Of a stretch of DNA of 64,000 nt, positions 48,053 through 57,213 are shown piece by piece. Source of the DNA: an uncultured Gammaproteobacteria bacterium (GTDB taxonomy: Bacteria; Patescibacteriota; Patescibacteriia; Magasanikbacterales; GWA2-37-8); NCBI GenBank assembly GCA_964510495.1, contig CAZECR010000001.1:3781-67780 (forward strand), given 5' to 3'. The position numbers and the translations under genes were made by a program. The notes under the pieces were generated by a model. The model was not told the DNA's origin. It did not search any database and saw only the letters and a program-made list of their open reading frames with translations. How positions within the stretch are numbered: the stretch's first letter is position 1; every line of letters starts with the position of its first letter.

Positions 48053-48210
48053 CTCTCGCCACTTCGTAATCGTCTGTTTGGACGCAAGAATTACCGGTAC
48101 GTTTGACGCTCGTCGGGCGTACTCTCAAGAGCTCTTACTTAAGAGCTCTTTTAGTTTTAAGTGTCGCCGTCCTTGCTCGTAAAACTATTTTTCACTATAC
48201 TACGTCTACT

Positions 48211-48807
48211 ATGTCAGAAAAATCATTCATATCTCGTCGTGAATTTCTCCGTCTCGGTGTGGCGGCAGCAGGCGCTGCAGCCTTATCCCAGTTAGAAAGC
48301 GATCAGGCACCGCGTGAAATTTTTGTAGCAGAAAAATATAAAAATTTTCAGCTGGAAGGTGAACAAATTTTTATCCAAAAAATTAAAACCGCTCTCGAGC
48401 TGCTTGGCACGACCGGCATACTAGAAATTGATGTTGAGCCCTATATTAAGACTATTCGTCAATTAGGAGTGAGTGATGAAAGGGGGACGGGAGTCTATCC
48501 GTTACAAAACCAAACCGCTTTTATCGATCGAGCAGACTGGGAACGTGCAACTGAGTGGTTGGCATCAATTGTTGCGCACGAGGCGCGGCATATGGAATTG
48601 TTTGTCGCTGCAAATGGTCAGGTGGGGGAAGAGCGTGTTGGTAATACGCATGTTTCGGACGCAGCGTGGCGAGTGGGCCCAGGAGAAATTGGGGCGTGCG
48701 AAAAACAGATCGAAGTTTTGAAATTATTACACGCTGAAGAATCAGAAATAATTCGCATGAAAAAGCATTTGGAAAATTTAAAGAAAAAATGGGCAGAAGA
48801 AAAATAA
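48211..48807 (+). CDS. Tat-signal exported protein with an HExxH motif (putative small metallopeptidase-like)
   Basis: Start at MSEKSFISRREFLRLGVAAAGAAALS, a twin-arginine motif. HEARH lies in VAHEARHMELF. Confidence 0.55.
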   Translation: MSEKSFISRREFLRLGVAAAGAAALSQLESDQAPREIFVAEKYKNFQLEGEQIFIQKIKTALELLGTTGILEIDVEPYIKTIRQLGVSDERGTGVYPLQNQTAFIDRADWERATEWLASIVAHEARHMELFVAANGQVGEERVGNTHVSDAAWRVGPGEIGACEKQIEVLKLLHAEESEIIRMKKHLENLKKKWAEEK

Positions 48808-48837
48808 AAAAGAACCTGGGAATCAGGTTCTTTTTTA
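48808..48837 (+). terminator. Intrinsic terminator
   Basis: gaacctgg-gaat-caggttc followed by tttttt. Confidence 0.65.
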
Positions 48838-48952
48838 AATTTCTCAAGTATTTTCAAAAAAATAACTAAGAAATGAAGGCCGGAAATTCGCTGGTGCGTT
48901 TTCCGACCTGGGCGCTGTTAGGTTGTGCGCCGAGACGGGCGTCGAGGCCCGG

Positions 48953-49201
48953 CTACTGCTTGTCGCCAGCCTTCCAGCTGGCGCCGGGGCTGCCGGAGCA
49001 CCCGCTGCCCTTCGTGCCGCTCGAGCCGGCCTTGTCGCCGGAGGACTTGGCGCCGCCATCGGGCTTGGCGGTCGTCGTGGTCGTGGTCTTGGGCTTGTCC
49101 GCGGCCTTGGCGGACTTGATGAAGCTGTCGCCGCCCACGCTGCCGGCGAGGCTGAGGGCCGCGATGAGACAGAGGGCGGAACGCTTGGTGCTGGTCATCA
49201 T
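48953..49201 (-). CDS. Small secreted, lipoprotein-like low-complexity protein (82 aa)
   Basis: RBS GGAAGGAGA. Signal peptide MMTSTKRSALCLIAALSLAGSVGG, then a Thr/Gly/Lys-rich tail. GC-rich. Confidence 0.4.
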   Translation of the reverse strand: MMTSTKRSALCLIAALSLAGSVGGDSFIKSAKAADKPKTTTTTTAKPDGGAKSSGDKAGSSGTKGSGCSGSPGASWKAGDKQ

Positions 49202-49373
49202 GGTGCTTCTCCTTCCAGAGGCTTATGTGCCCTTGGTTGTAGTAATGAAACTAACAAAAAAATACCCCTTCGTCAAGGTGGCAGGCTAGAACGGGTTTCG
49301 TCCTATGTGGTGGACTTGTAGCAGGAGTTGACGGTTCCGATTAAAAATGTTTAGCTGCCACTGGAGGTGCTCC

Positions 49374-49502
49374 ATGCCGAGAAGTTTGTTGGCAGTGGTT
49401 GTTCTATCCGCCCGTCTGTTCGTTGGTGTTGCGAACGCCGACACGAACGACATCCCGGAGTGTGTGCGCGTGCCCACACTCTTCTTCTTTTTTATAGTAT
49501 AA
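49374..49502 (+). CDS. Candidate small signal-peptide ORF (42 aa)
   Basis: RBS GGAGGTG. MPRSLLAVVVLSARLFVGVANA... GC-rich. Weak. Confidence 0.2.
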   Translation: MPRSLLAVVVLSARLFVGVANADTNDIPECVRVPTLFFFFIV

Positions 49503-49540
49503 CGAAGCTGAGAGAAGGGCTTGTAGGACTAGTATGTGAG

Positions 49541-49566
49541 TATAAAAAAACCGCCAAATGGCGGTA
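49541..49566 (-). terminator. Intrinsic terminator (minus strand)
   Basis: accgccaaatggcggt. A U7 tract follows on the minus strand. Confidence 0.55.
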
Positions 49567-49575
49567 GTTGAATTT

Positions 49576-49764
49576 TTATTTTGGGGATTCAGTCTTAGGG
49601 TTCATTCCCGCTATCTTTTCTTGCAATGCGGCAATTTCATTTTGCGTATCGGCAGTGAGCTGAGTGAGGTCAGGTTTAGGCAAGGCAATAATAACCTCTG
49701 GTGCAGGCTCAGCAGGCCGTCTAAAGTCCTGTTTATTTTGCTCTGTTGGGCCTCTTTCGAGCAT
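49576..49764 (-). CDS. Small hypothetical protein (62 aa from MLERGPTEQ...)
   Basis: ORF followed by a minus-strand terminator 10 bp downstream. Divergent from uvrA. Confidence 0.3.
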   Translation of the reverse strand: MLERGPTEQNKQDFRRPAEPAPEVIIALPKPDLTQLTADTQNEIAALQEKIAGMNPKTESPK

Positions 49765-49937
49765 AGAGTAAAAGTAGACACGGTACAAGTATATAGTAGC
49801 ACAAAAACCGGGTTTTGTCAAGTCAATTTTTGGCTTAATTGACAAACAAAATTTCCTCCCGTACACTAACTATAAGGTTCTTTTTCTTTTTCTAAGCTTT
49901 GTTTTGACCTGGTTACACGGGTCTTTTTGTCATTTAT

Positions 49938-52577
49938 ATGCAAGATAAAATTGTTATTAAGGGTGCCCGTGAGCATAATCTCAAAAATATCACGCTCGAA
50001 TTGCCGCGCAACAAAATGATTGCGTTTACTGGTCTGTCGGGATCAGGTAAATCGAGCCTGGCATTTGATACCATCTTTGCCGAAGGGCAGCGTCGGTATA
50101 TTGAAAGTCTTTCCGCCTATGCCCGTCAATTTTTGGGCGGTATGCAAAAACCGGACGTTGACGAGATCGAAGGGTTGTCACCGGCTATTTCGATTGACCA
50201 AAAAGCACATAGTGCTAACCCACGTTCGACCGTAGCAACGATCACGGAGATTTATGATTATCTACGTGTTATGTTTGCGCGCGTGGGGAATCCGTACTGT
50301 CCCGTGTGTGGTACCAGAATCGAAAAGATGACGGTAGACCAGATGATCGATCGCATTATTACCGAAACAAAATCTCAAAATGAAAAAACGAAAAAGATTA
50401 AAGTAGAAGAAAATCATCTGACGATTTTTTCACCTGTCGTACGGGGCCGCAAAGGGGAGTATTACCAGATGCTCTACGATTTGTACAACTCGGGATTTTT
50501 GGAAGTGCGCGTGGACGGCGCAATTAAAAGTTTGCGCGAACGAGTGCTCTTGTCAAAAAATAATAAACATACGATCGAAGTTGTGGTAGATAAAATTCCG
50601 CTCGTTAAAAAATGGGGCGATGACGATTTGCTGCGTTTAACGGAAGCAGTGAATAAAGCAGTCGATTTGTCGAACGGTCTTGCAACCATCAACTATCCGG
50701 GACAAGCTGAACACGTGTACAGTACCGAGTACTCTTGCCCGAACGATGGTTTTAGTTTTCCAGAAATCGAGCCGCGCTTGTTTAGTTTTAACAGCCCCTA
50801 TGGCTACTGCGAAGCCTGCACCGGACTTGGTACTAAAGAATTATTCAGCACCGAAATTTGCGATGTGTGTGAAGGGAAGCGCCTTAATAAAACAGCGCTC
50901 AGTGTGCGCGTAGCTGAAAAAAATATTTGGGAAGTAACCAGCCTCACGATTGGTGAAGCCCGTGAATTTTTTGCGGAAGTAGAATTATCGCTCGATGCTA
51001 AAACTGTTGAGATTGCTGGTGCAGTGTTCAGAGAAATTAGCAATCGTTTGCAATTCATGTTTAATGTGGGTTTGTATTATCTTAATTTAAATCGCAAAGC
51101 CGGAACATTGTCGGGTGGCGAGGCGCAGCGTATTCGTTTGGCCTCGCAAGTAGGTACTCGCCTCGTCGGCGCGCTCTACGTGCTCGATGAGCCGACTATT
51201 GGGCTGCATCAAAAAGATAACGATCAATTAGTAAAAACACTCCGGAGTCTTTGTGATATTGGTAACACCATTATTGTTGTTGAACATGACGAAGATACAA
51301 TTCTCGTCAGTGATTGGATTGTGGATATTGGCCCGGCAGCGGGTAAGCACGGGGGTGAAGTTGTGTATTCAGGCCCACTCGGAAAATTGCTGCAAGGAAA
51401 ACAAATTGCTACGGGCGCAATCAGTCAAACTGCCAAACGCAAGGCTGCAACCGTGGTGGAAGAAAATGAAACCTGGGGCTGCAAGGTTTTGGGTGATCCT
51501 AAAAAATCAATCACGGGAAAATATTTACGTGGCGACCTTAAAATTGAAATTCCCGAGAAGCGTCGCAAAGTGGATGCGTCGACCCCAAAAATTAAAATCA
51601 AGGGAGCGGAAGAACATAATCTCAAAAATATTTCAGTTGAGATTCCACTCCGCCGGTTTGTGTGTTTGACGGGTGTATCAGGATCGGGCAAATCAACGCT
51701 TATGAACGATGTGCTCGAAAAAACGCTGGCAAATCGTTTTTATCACATGAATAAAGAGGTGGGCAAACATAAAGAGATTACGGGTACGGAATACATCGAC
51801 CGTATGATCGTGATTGATCAAAGCCCAATCGGGCGTACACCGCGATCGAATCCAGCAACCTATACCAAGGCCTTTGATTTGATTCGTGAATTATTTGCAT
51901 CAACTGCAGAGTCCAAGCTCCGCGGTTTCAAAAGTGGGCGGTTTAGTTTCAATGTGCCTGGTGGACGATGCGAGAATTGTGAAGGACGTGGAACCTTGGA
52001 AATTGAAATGCATTTCTTGCCCAGCGTTGAAATCGTCTGCGACGTGTGTAAGGGTAAACGGTTCACCAATGAAATTTTGCAAGTGCAGTACAAAGATAAA
52101 AATGTGGCTGAGGTCTTGGCGATGACGGTTGAAGAAGCCGAAGAATTTTTCCGTGACATTCCGCTTATCAATGATAAATTAAAAATTCTGAACGAAGTTG
52201 GTTTGGATTATCTTACGCTCGGTCAGTCTGCGACTACGCTCTCAGGGGGTGAAGCGCAGCGTATAAAACTTTCCAAAGAATTATCGAAGCACGGTACGAC
52301 GAAAACATTGTATCTGCTGGACGAACCAACAACTGGTTTACATTACGATGATGTTCGTAAACTGGTGGGCGTGCTCGATCGGTTGGTCGGACAGGGTAAT
52401 ACCGTGATGGTTATTGAGCACAATCTTGATGTTATCAAATGCGCCGACTGGATTATCGACCTTGGGCCCGAAGGCGGCGACAAGGGTGGTCAGGTAATTG
52501 CAACCGGAACACCCGAAGAAGTATCGATTAAAAAAGGTAGCTTTACGGGTGAGTATTTGAAACGAATGTTGAAGTAA
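49938..52577 (+). CDS. uvrA: Excinuclease ABC subunit A
   Basis: 879 aa. Two ABC ATPase modules (GLSGSGKSSLAF, GVSGSGKSTLM), Zn-finger Cys clusters, and LSGGEAQRI signature motifs. Confidence 0.95.
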   Translation: MQDKIVIKGAREHNLKNITLELPRNKMIAFTGLSGSGKSSLAFDTIFAEGQRRYIESLSAYARQFLGGMQKPDVDEIEGLSPAISIDQKAHSANPRSTVATITEIYDYLRVMFARVGNPYCPVCGTRIEKMTVDQMIDRIITETKSQNEKTKKIKVEENHLTIFSPVVRGRKGEYYQMLYDLYNSGFLEVRVDGAIKSLRERVLLSKNNKHTIEVVVDKIPLVKKWGDDDLLRLTEAVNKAVDLSNGLATINYPGQAEHVYSTEYSCPNDGFSFPEIEPRLFSFNSPYGYCEACTGLGTKELFSTEICDVCEGKRLNKTALSVRVAEKNIWEVTSLTIGEAREFFAEVELSLDAKTVEIAGAVFREISNRLQFMFNVGLYYLNLNRKAGTLSGGEAQRIRLASQVGTRLVGALYVLDEPTIGLHQKDNDQLVKTLRSLCDIGNTIIVVEHDEDTILVSDWIVDIGPAAGKHGGEVVYSGPLGKLLQGKQIATGAISQTAKRKAATVVEENETWGCKVLGDPKKSITGKYLRGDLKIEIPEKRRKVDASTPKIKIKGAEEHNLKNISVEIPLRRFVCLTGVSGSGKSTLMNDVLEKTLANRFYHMNKEVGKHKEITGTEYIDRMIVIDQSPIGRTPRSNPATYTKAFDLIRELFASTAESKLRGFKSGRFSFNVPGGRCENCEGRGTLEIEMHFLPSVEIVCDVCKGKRFTNEILQVQYKDKNVAEVLAMTVEEAEEFFRDIPLINDKLKILNEVGLDYLTLGQSATTLSGGEAQRIKLSKELSKHGTTKTLYLLDEPTTGLHYDDVRKLVGVLDRLVGQGNTVMVIEHNLDVIKCADWIIDLGPEGGDKGGQVIATGTPEEVSIKKGSFTGEYLKRMLK

Positions 52578-52621
52578 CTGTTTCGAGCGCACGTTCCAAA
52601 TTTTTTGGCTGGTAAGCTCGA

Positions 52622-52655
52622 CGGCTGATGGATTGTACTCCGTCAGCCTTTTTTA
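52622..52655. terminator. Intrinsic terminator after uvrA
   Basis: ggctgatgg-attgtact-ccgtcagcc followed by tttttt. Confidence 0.65.
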
Positions 52656-53249
52656 ATAATCCTCCGCGTATGAAGGTGCAAAATATTCGAGCTGCAGCTT
52701 GAAGGCGGCGAGCGAATGGGCAACAACGCGGGGTGTAAAGAGCGGTGCGAGTTTTAGTCGCCGGGCGATTTCAGTAGGCGTTAGTTCTTCAAAGTAATGG
52801 TAGCGAAGAACTTTTTGCTGCTGAGGTGTGAGCGTTCCGAGTACGCGCTCGACTAGTTTTTTTATTTCAACATACTTGAGCCTGGCAGTGATTGACTCGG
52901 CTGCCAACAGGTCTTCGATCGAAAAATGCTCTTGTGTGAGTGGTACTGTTTTGAGCAGCGGCTCTTGCGCGATCGGTGCCGGTCCGTAGAGCTTGCACGG
53001 AAAGAGATCGGTTATGCTCAGGCCAAAGGTGTCGGCGATTTTTTGAGCAAGAGTGCGGTAGGTGTACGGCGAATGCCGCAGTTTGATTAGTGCCCGAACC
53101 ATATTTGGCGAGCAGCAATTTTCTCGGCTAAAACGTTCAACGGATCGATAGTTTGCGGCAATGAGCTGTCGCAGTAGCGTGTTTTCCGGACGCTGGCGTG
53201 CCATTGCAGCCTCCTGTAAGCGTACTAATTTATAAAAGATATACATCAT
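52653..53249 (-). CDS. HTH regulator with a sigma-70 region-4-like C-terminal domain
   Basis: The C-terminal LTPQQQKVLRYHYFEELTPTEIARRL resembles sigma region 4. There is a second HTH near the N-terminus. The start may be MARQRPEN. Confidence 0.45.
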   Translation of the reverse strand: MMYIFYKLVRLQEAAMARQRPENTLLRQLIAANYRSVERFSRENCCSPNMVRALIKLRHSPYTYRTLAQKIADTFGLSITDLFPCKLYGPAPIAQEPLLKTVPLTQEHFSIEDLLAAESITARLKYVEIKKLVERVLGTLTPQQQKVLRYHYFEELTPTEIARRLKLAPLFTPRVVAHSLAAFKLQLEYFAPSYAEDY

Positions 53250-53308
53250 TTTAGAGTTTAGGTCAAGTATTTTTTATCTTATTTTAGCCAAAATATGCCT
53301 TTGGTATC

Positions 53309-53337
53309 TTGACAAATCCTATATAATGTGCTATGCT
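53309..53337 (+). promoter_or_regulatory. Near-consensus sigma-70 promoter (TTGACA-17-TATGCT with TGn)
   Basis: Read directly: ttgaca aatcctatataatgtgc tatgct. Confidence 0.45.
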
Positions 53338-53345
53338 GTGGCATC

Positions 53346-53370
53346 TTCTGCCTGCGCAGAGGATTTTTTT
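53346..53370 (+). terminator. Hairpin plus T7 immediately downstream of the promoter (attenuator-like)
   Basis: tctgc-ctgc-gcaga gg attttttt. It lies about 10 nt after the predicted transcription start. Confidence 0.3.
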
Positions 53371-53503
53371 ATTTAAAACGTTCTTTACTACATGTTTCTT
53401 GGCGGTGAAAAAGGCGTTCTGTGCCTTGTTTTCCGCTAAGAAACCCTTTGCTCTGATCCGCCGTGCGTCGGATACGCATGTTTCTGTTCCAGGAGTACAG
53501 CAT

Positions 53504-53947
53504 ATGGAGAAGTCCGCAGTTATCAATCGTCTCACGTCCGGCCTCGTGGTGCTCGCCACCATCCTCAGCCTCTCCGGCTGCGGACAGGGGTTCGAGCCGG
53601 TGCCGATTTACGACGATGAGATCGAGGACTATTACTACGCCGATCTGAGCGCCAGTGGGCTTATCCCTGAGCAGCCGGCATGGGTCGTGGTGCGTAATAT
53701 TCCGGAGGGCGGAAAGCTTGCTCTCCTGTATGGAAGTGACGCGAGCGATTCGCGTCCGCACCAGATCGGTTTTCTGGTCTGTCTGGCGAATGAGCAGGTT
53801 CACTCGCTCGCCACGGGGGAGATGGGGATGATGGCTTCGGAGCGGATGGAAGTGGGGAGCACCTACTACACAGGTGCAACGATGGTGAAGGTCATCTGCA
53901 CGGTGCAGATCGACGGCGCCTACCACGCAGCAGTTCGCAAGAAGTAG
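53504..53947 (+). CDS. Lipoprotein (147 aa), GC-rich
   Basis: RBS AGGAG. Signal peptide plus lipobox LSLSGC. Confidence 0.55.
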   Translation: MEKSAVINRLTSGLVVLATILSLSGCGQGFEPVPIYDDEIEDYYYADLSASGLIPEQPAWVVVRNIPEGGKLALLYGSDASDSRPHQIGFLVCLANEQVHSLATGEMGMMASERMEVGSTYYTGATMVKVICTVQIDGAYHAAVRKK

Positions 53948-54054
53948 CACTCGACCCCTTCCCGCATTCGAGTGTGTGTTTTCCCGGTCAGGCTGCGATT
54001 CAATTCGCGCCTGACCGATGTTCCTTAGTACTTTTAAAAAAAGTATTGAGGAGC

Positions 54055-54090
54055 AGAATAAAAAACTCCTGGTATCAGGAGTTTTTTTAT
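54055..54090. terminator. Bidirectional intrinsic terminator between convergent lipoprotein genes
   Basis: aaaaaa-actcctg-gtat-caggagt-ttttttt. Confidence 0.7.
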
Positions 54091-54156
54091 TTTTAGTATG
54101 AGGGAGGGGGGTGGAGCGAGAAGAGAAAATATTTCTCGCTCCACAGTAGCGGGGGG

Positions 54157-54621
54157 CTACTTGGCGCTGGCGTCAAGAACCAGCTGGATTTTGGTGCGCG
54201 CCTGGCCGCCGAGCTGGGTTGGTCCGATGCCGGCAATACGTTCTACGCCGGTGACGAACTGGCTGTTCTCGCTCAGGAACGCTTCGGCGGTGATGTCGAA
54301 TGTGAGCAGGCAGGCGAGCGGCGGGACGTGAATTGTCCAGTACGCCGGTAGCACACACTTCGGTGCCCCGAGCTTGAGGTCGGCCATCTTGATGGTCTTA
54401 CCGTCGCAATCAATGGCGATGGCTGTTCCGTTCATGCTGTCGCACTGTTCGAAGCGGTTCGGCGCGCTGTTCGGTGTCCGAAGCTCGATCGCGAGGCAGG
54501 CCTCGCTTACGCCGCACATCGAGAACGGATCGCTTGGTGGTGCCGCAGCAGGGGTGGCGAAGCCGCACCCACCAATGAGGAGACTGATCAAAGTGGTCGC
54601 AATATCAATGGTTCGGGACAT
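54157..54621 (-). CDS. Lipoprotein (154 aa), GC-rich
   Basis: RBS AGGAGA. Signal peptide plus lipobox LLIGGCG. Cys-containing mature domain. Confidence 0.55.
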   Translation of the reverse strand: MSRTIDIATTLISLLIGGCGFATPAAAPPSDPFSMCGVSEACLAIELRTPNSAPNRFEQCDSMNGTAIAIDCDGKTIKMADLKLGAPKCVLPAYWTIHVPPLACLLTFDITAEAFLSENSQFVTGVERIAGIGPTQLGGQARTKIQLVLDASAK

Positions 54622-54708
54622 GGTGTTCTCCTGCGTGAGTTGCTTTGACCCTACCAGGAACCTTATTGCTTTTCAAGTGCCAGTTTTTTGCTATACTACC
54701 TCTACTCT

Positions 54709-55965
54709 ATGGCCTTAGCACTACAGGAATATCTAGCTGATCCAAGTAAGCTCCCCGACACGCCAGGGATTTATTTGTATTATGGTCAAAATAAGGAGTT
54801 GTTGTACGTAGGTAAAGCCACGTCACTTCGTAGTCGTGTGCGCAGTTATTTCCGCGGGAAGCGTACACCACGGCCGATTGAAGAAATGATCCACGAGGTT
54901 GTCAAAATCGATTACCGACAGACTGATTCGGTGCTCGAGGCAATTATTTTGGAAGCTTTATCGATTCGTCGATTTCATCCTAAATATAATGTACTTGGTA
55001 AAGATGATAAAAGTTGGAATTATTTAGTGTTAACTCGAGATGAGTTTTCGTCGCTCAAGACCTCGCGCGAGCATGATCTCGAGGCTATGAGCCGAGCTGA
55101 GATTAAAAAAAAGTATCTCAAAATATTTGGTCCGTTTCCAGGACTCAATGCCAAAGCAACGCTTAAGCTTTTACGCCAGCTGTTTTGTTTTTCCACGTGT
55201 GAGCCCGGTGTGGGGCGGCCTTGTTTTTATTATGAAATCAATCAGTGTTTGGGGGTATGTATGGGTACGGTCACAGCCAAAGAGTATCAGGAACTCGTTA
55301 TCCGTCCTTTAAGTTTATTTTTGGACGGTAAGAAAAAACAAGTTGTCAAAGAGTTTGAAAAGCAAATGAAGCTGGCGAGTCGAGCTCAAAATTTTGAAAC
55401 CGCGGCGCGCCTGCGCAACCAATTGCAATCACTCTACCGCATCCATGATGTAGCGCTCCTCAATAATAGTTTTTACACAGATGAAGGATCAAATGATCCG
55501 AATGCTAAACGGTTACGTATCGAAGGGTATGATATTTCCAATTTGGGCCGGACAGATAAAGTGGGGAGTATGGTAGTGTTTGATAACAGTGGTCCCGTCT
55601 CGAGTCAGTATCGTAAATTTACAATTAAAACAGTCGAAGGCCAAAGTGATGTTGATTCACTTGCTGAAGTAATTAATCGCCGCCTGAATCATACCGAATG
55701 GCCTTTCCCTGATGTATTTCTAATTGATGGCGGGCGGCCGCAAGTTAATAAGGTGAATCAGGTATTGGGTGAACGCCAAATCACTATTCCAGTTGTGGGT
55801 ATTGCCAAAGGACCGGAACGTAAACGCAATGATTTTATCTTGGGCACACTTACCCCGGCGTTTATTGCTTTTGTTGACGAACATCGTACTTTATTGGTAA
55901 AGGTGCGTGATGAGGCGCATCGTTTTGCTATAACTTTTAATAGGAGTAAGCGAAAAATTAAATAA
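54709..55965 (+). CDS. uvrC: Excinuclease ABC subunit C (short form: GIY-YIG plus RNase H-like endonuclease domains, no C-terminal HhH)
   Basis: The GIY-YIG motif GIYLYYG...LLYVGKATSLRSRVRSYF and the UvrC endonuclease-domain motifs. An extended -10 (TGcTATACT) lies immediately upstream, so the mRNA is probably leaderless or nearly so. Confidence 0.8.
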   Translation: MALALQEYLADPSKLPDTPGIYLYYGQNKELLYVGKATSLRSRVRSYFRGKRTPRPIEEMIHEVVKIDYRQTDSVLEAIILEALSIRRFHPKYNVLGKDDKSWNYLVLTRDEFSSLKTSREHDLEAMSRAEIKKKYLKIFGPFPGLNAKATLKLLRQLFCFSTCEPGVGRPCFYYEINQCLGVCMGTVTAKEYQELVIRPLSLFLDGKKKQVVKEFEKQMKLASRAQNFETAARLRNQLQSLYRIHDVALLNNSFYTDEGSNDPNAKRLRIEGYDISNLGRTDKVGSMVVFDNSGPVSSQYRKFTIKTVEGQSDVDSLAEVINRRLNHTEWPFPDVFLIDGGRPQVNKVNQVLGERQITIPVVGIAKGPERKRNDFILGTLTPAFIAFVDEHRTLLVKVRDEAHRFAITFNRSKRKIK

Positions 55966-55970
55966 AATTT

Positions 55971-56672
55971 ATGAAACTCCATTATTTTATCACCCCCTTT
56001 AGTGTGGCTGAAGAAACAGTTGCTGTCGCGGATACAAAAGTTATTCATCACATTAAAGACGTTTTAAAAATAGACGTGGGTGAAAAAATTATGCTGGCCG
56101 ATGGGGCAGGGAATAAAGTATTGATTCGATTGTCTAAACTCGGCAAAGATTTTCTGGAAGGGCAGCTCTTGGAGCATGAAGCTGATTTGCCGCTCGCGCC
56201 GGCCGTAACACTCTACGCGGCAATGTTGAAGCGCGATATGTTTGAGCTCGTGGTGCAAAAAGCAGTTGAGCTTGGAATTACAAAAATTGTACCGCTCATA
56301 ACTGAGCGAACTGTAAAGCTTGGTTTTAATCGTGAACGCTTGGAGAGAATCATTATTGAAGCGGTGGAACAGTCGGAACAAAGTATTGTTCCGATGCTTG
56401 GTGAGCCATTGTCGTTGTCGGGGGCGTTTGCTGGGACTGCCGAAAGTAGTTGTTATTTTTTTCAACAAGAAGGGTCAAAGATTGCAGAGGTTATTCTTTC
56501 CGATAAAAAACCAATTGCACTTTTTATTGGCCCTGAAGGAGGCTTTGCCCCAGAAGAAGTCGGGCTCGCTAAGGCGCAGGGCGCTACCCTCGTGAGTCTT
56601 GGGCCTACCATGCTCCGTGCTGAAACAGCAGCTATTGCAACAGTATTTTGGGCACGCAATTTGCTAAAGTAA
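55971..56672 (+). CDS. rsmE: 16S rRNA (uracil1498-N3)-methyltransferase
   Basis: RsmE-family motifs. The C-terminus is LFIGPEGGF..EE. Confidence 0.8.
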   Translation: MKLHYFITPFSVAEETVAVADTKVIHHIKDVLKIDVGEKIMLADGAGNKVLIRLSKLGKDFLEGQLLEHEADLPLAPAVTLYAAMLKRDMFELVVQKAVELGITKIVPLITERTVKLGFNRERLERIIIEAVEQSEQSIVPMLGEPLSLSGAFAGTAESSCYFFQQEGSKIAEVILSDKKPIALFIGPEGGFAPEEVGLAKAQGATLVSLGPTMLRAETAAIATVFWARNLLK

Positions 56673-56731
56673 CGTGTAAGGTTGTCAGAACGAGCGCAGG
56701 AGTCTATACTACAATAATTAATCACTTTTGT

Positions 56732-57202
56732 ATGAAATTAACAGTTGGCTCCATTGCGCCGGATTTTTCCTTGCCTGATAGTGAAGGGGTCATGCATGCC
56801 CTCAAGGACTATCACGGGAAGTATGTGCTTATCTATTTTTATCCAAAAGACGATACCCCAGGCTGTACGACTGAAGCATGTAGTTTTCGTGATAATGTAA
56901 GTCGTTTTAAGGAGCGTGGTATTACTGTGCTGGGGGTGAGTGCGGATAGCGCGCAAAAACATCAAAAATTTGCCGCTAAGTATAAGCTGCCCTTTACGCT
57001 CTTGTCTGACGAATCGAAAGATATGCTTCTGGCCTACGGTGTGTGGGGAAAGAAGAAGTTTATCGGTCGTGAATATGATGGTATTTTCCGTAATTCCTTT
57101 TTGATTGACCCTGAAGGGAAAATTCTTAAAATCTACGAAAACGTTAAACCTGCCAAACACATCGAAGAAATTTTGCAGGATTTTGCTGAACTCACTGCTT
57201 AA
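56732..57202 (+). CDS. bcp: Peroxiredoxin Bcp (thiol peroxidase)
   Basis: Start at MKLTVGSIAPDF. The peroxidatic motif PKDDTPGCTTEAC. Confidence 0.85.
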   Translation: MKLTVGSIAPDFSLPDSEGVMHALKDYHGKYVLIYFYPKDDTPGCTTEACSFRDNVSRFKERGITVLGVSADSAQKHQKFAAKYKLPFTLLSDESKDMLLAYGVWGKKKFIGREYDGIFRNSFLIDPEGKILKIYENVKPAKHIEEILQDFAELTA

Positions 57203-57213
57203 TTTCTACACTC

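Noticed and set aside
47722-48087. 121-aa ORF (-)
   Set aside because: It overlaps the better-supported small signal-peptide ORF 47885-48052 (+), which has a strong RBS. The minus ORF has no RBS and an Ala-rich artefactual product.
48923-49321. 132-aa ORF (+) and 48873-49289 (+)
   Set aside because: They are GC-rich antisense frames of the 48953-49201 (-) signal-peptide ORF, with Gly/Ala/Arg runs typical of frame artefacts.
53333-53503. N-terminal extension of the lipoprotein ORF (204-aa version)
   Set aside because: The extension covers the promoter and hairpin region. An internal ATG at 53504 has an AGGAG RBS and starts exactly at the signal peptide.
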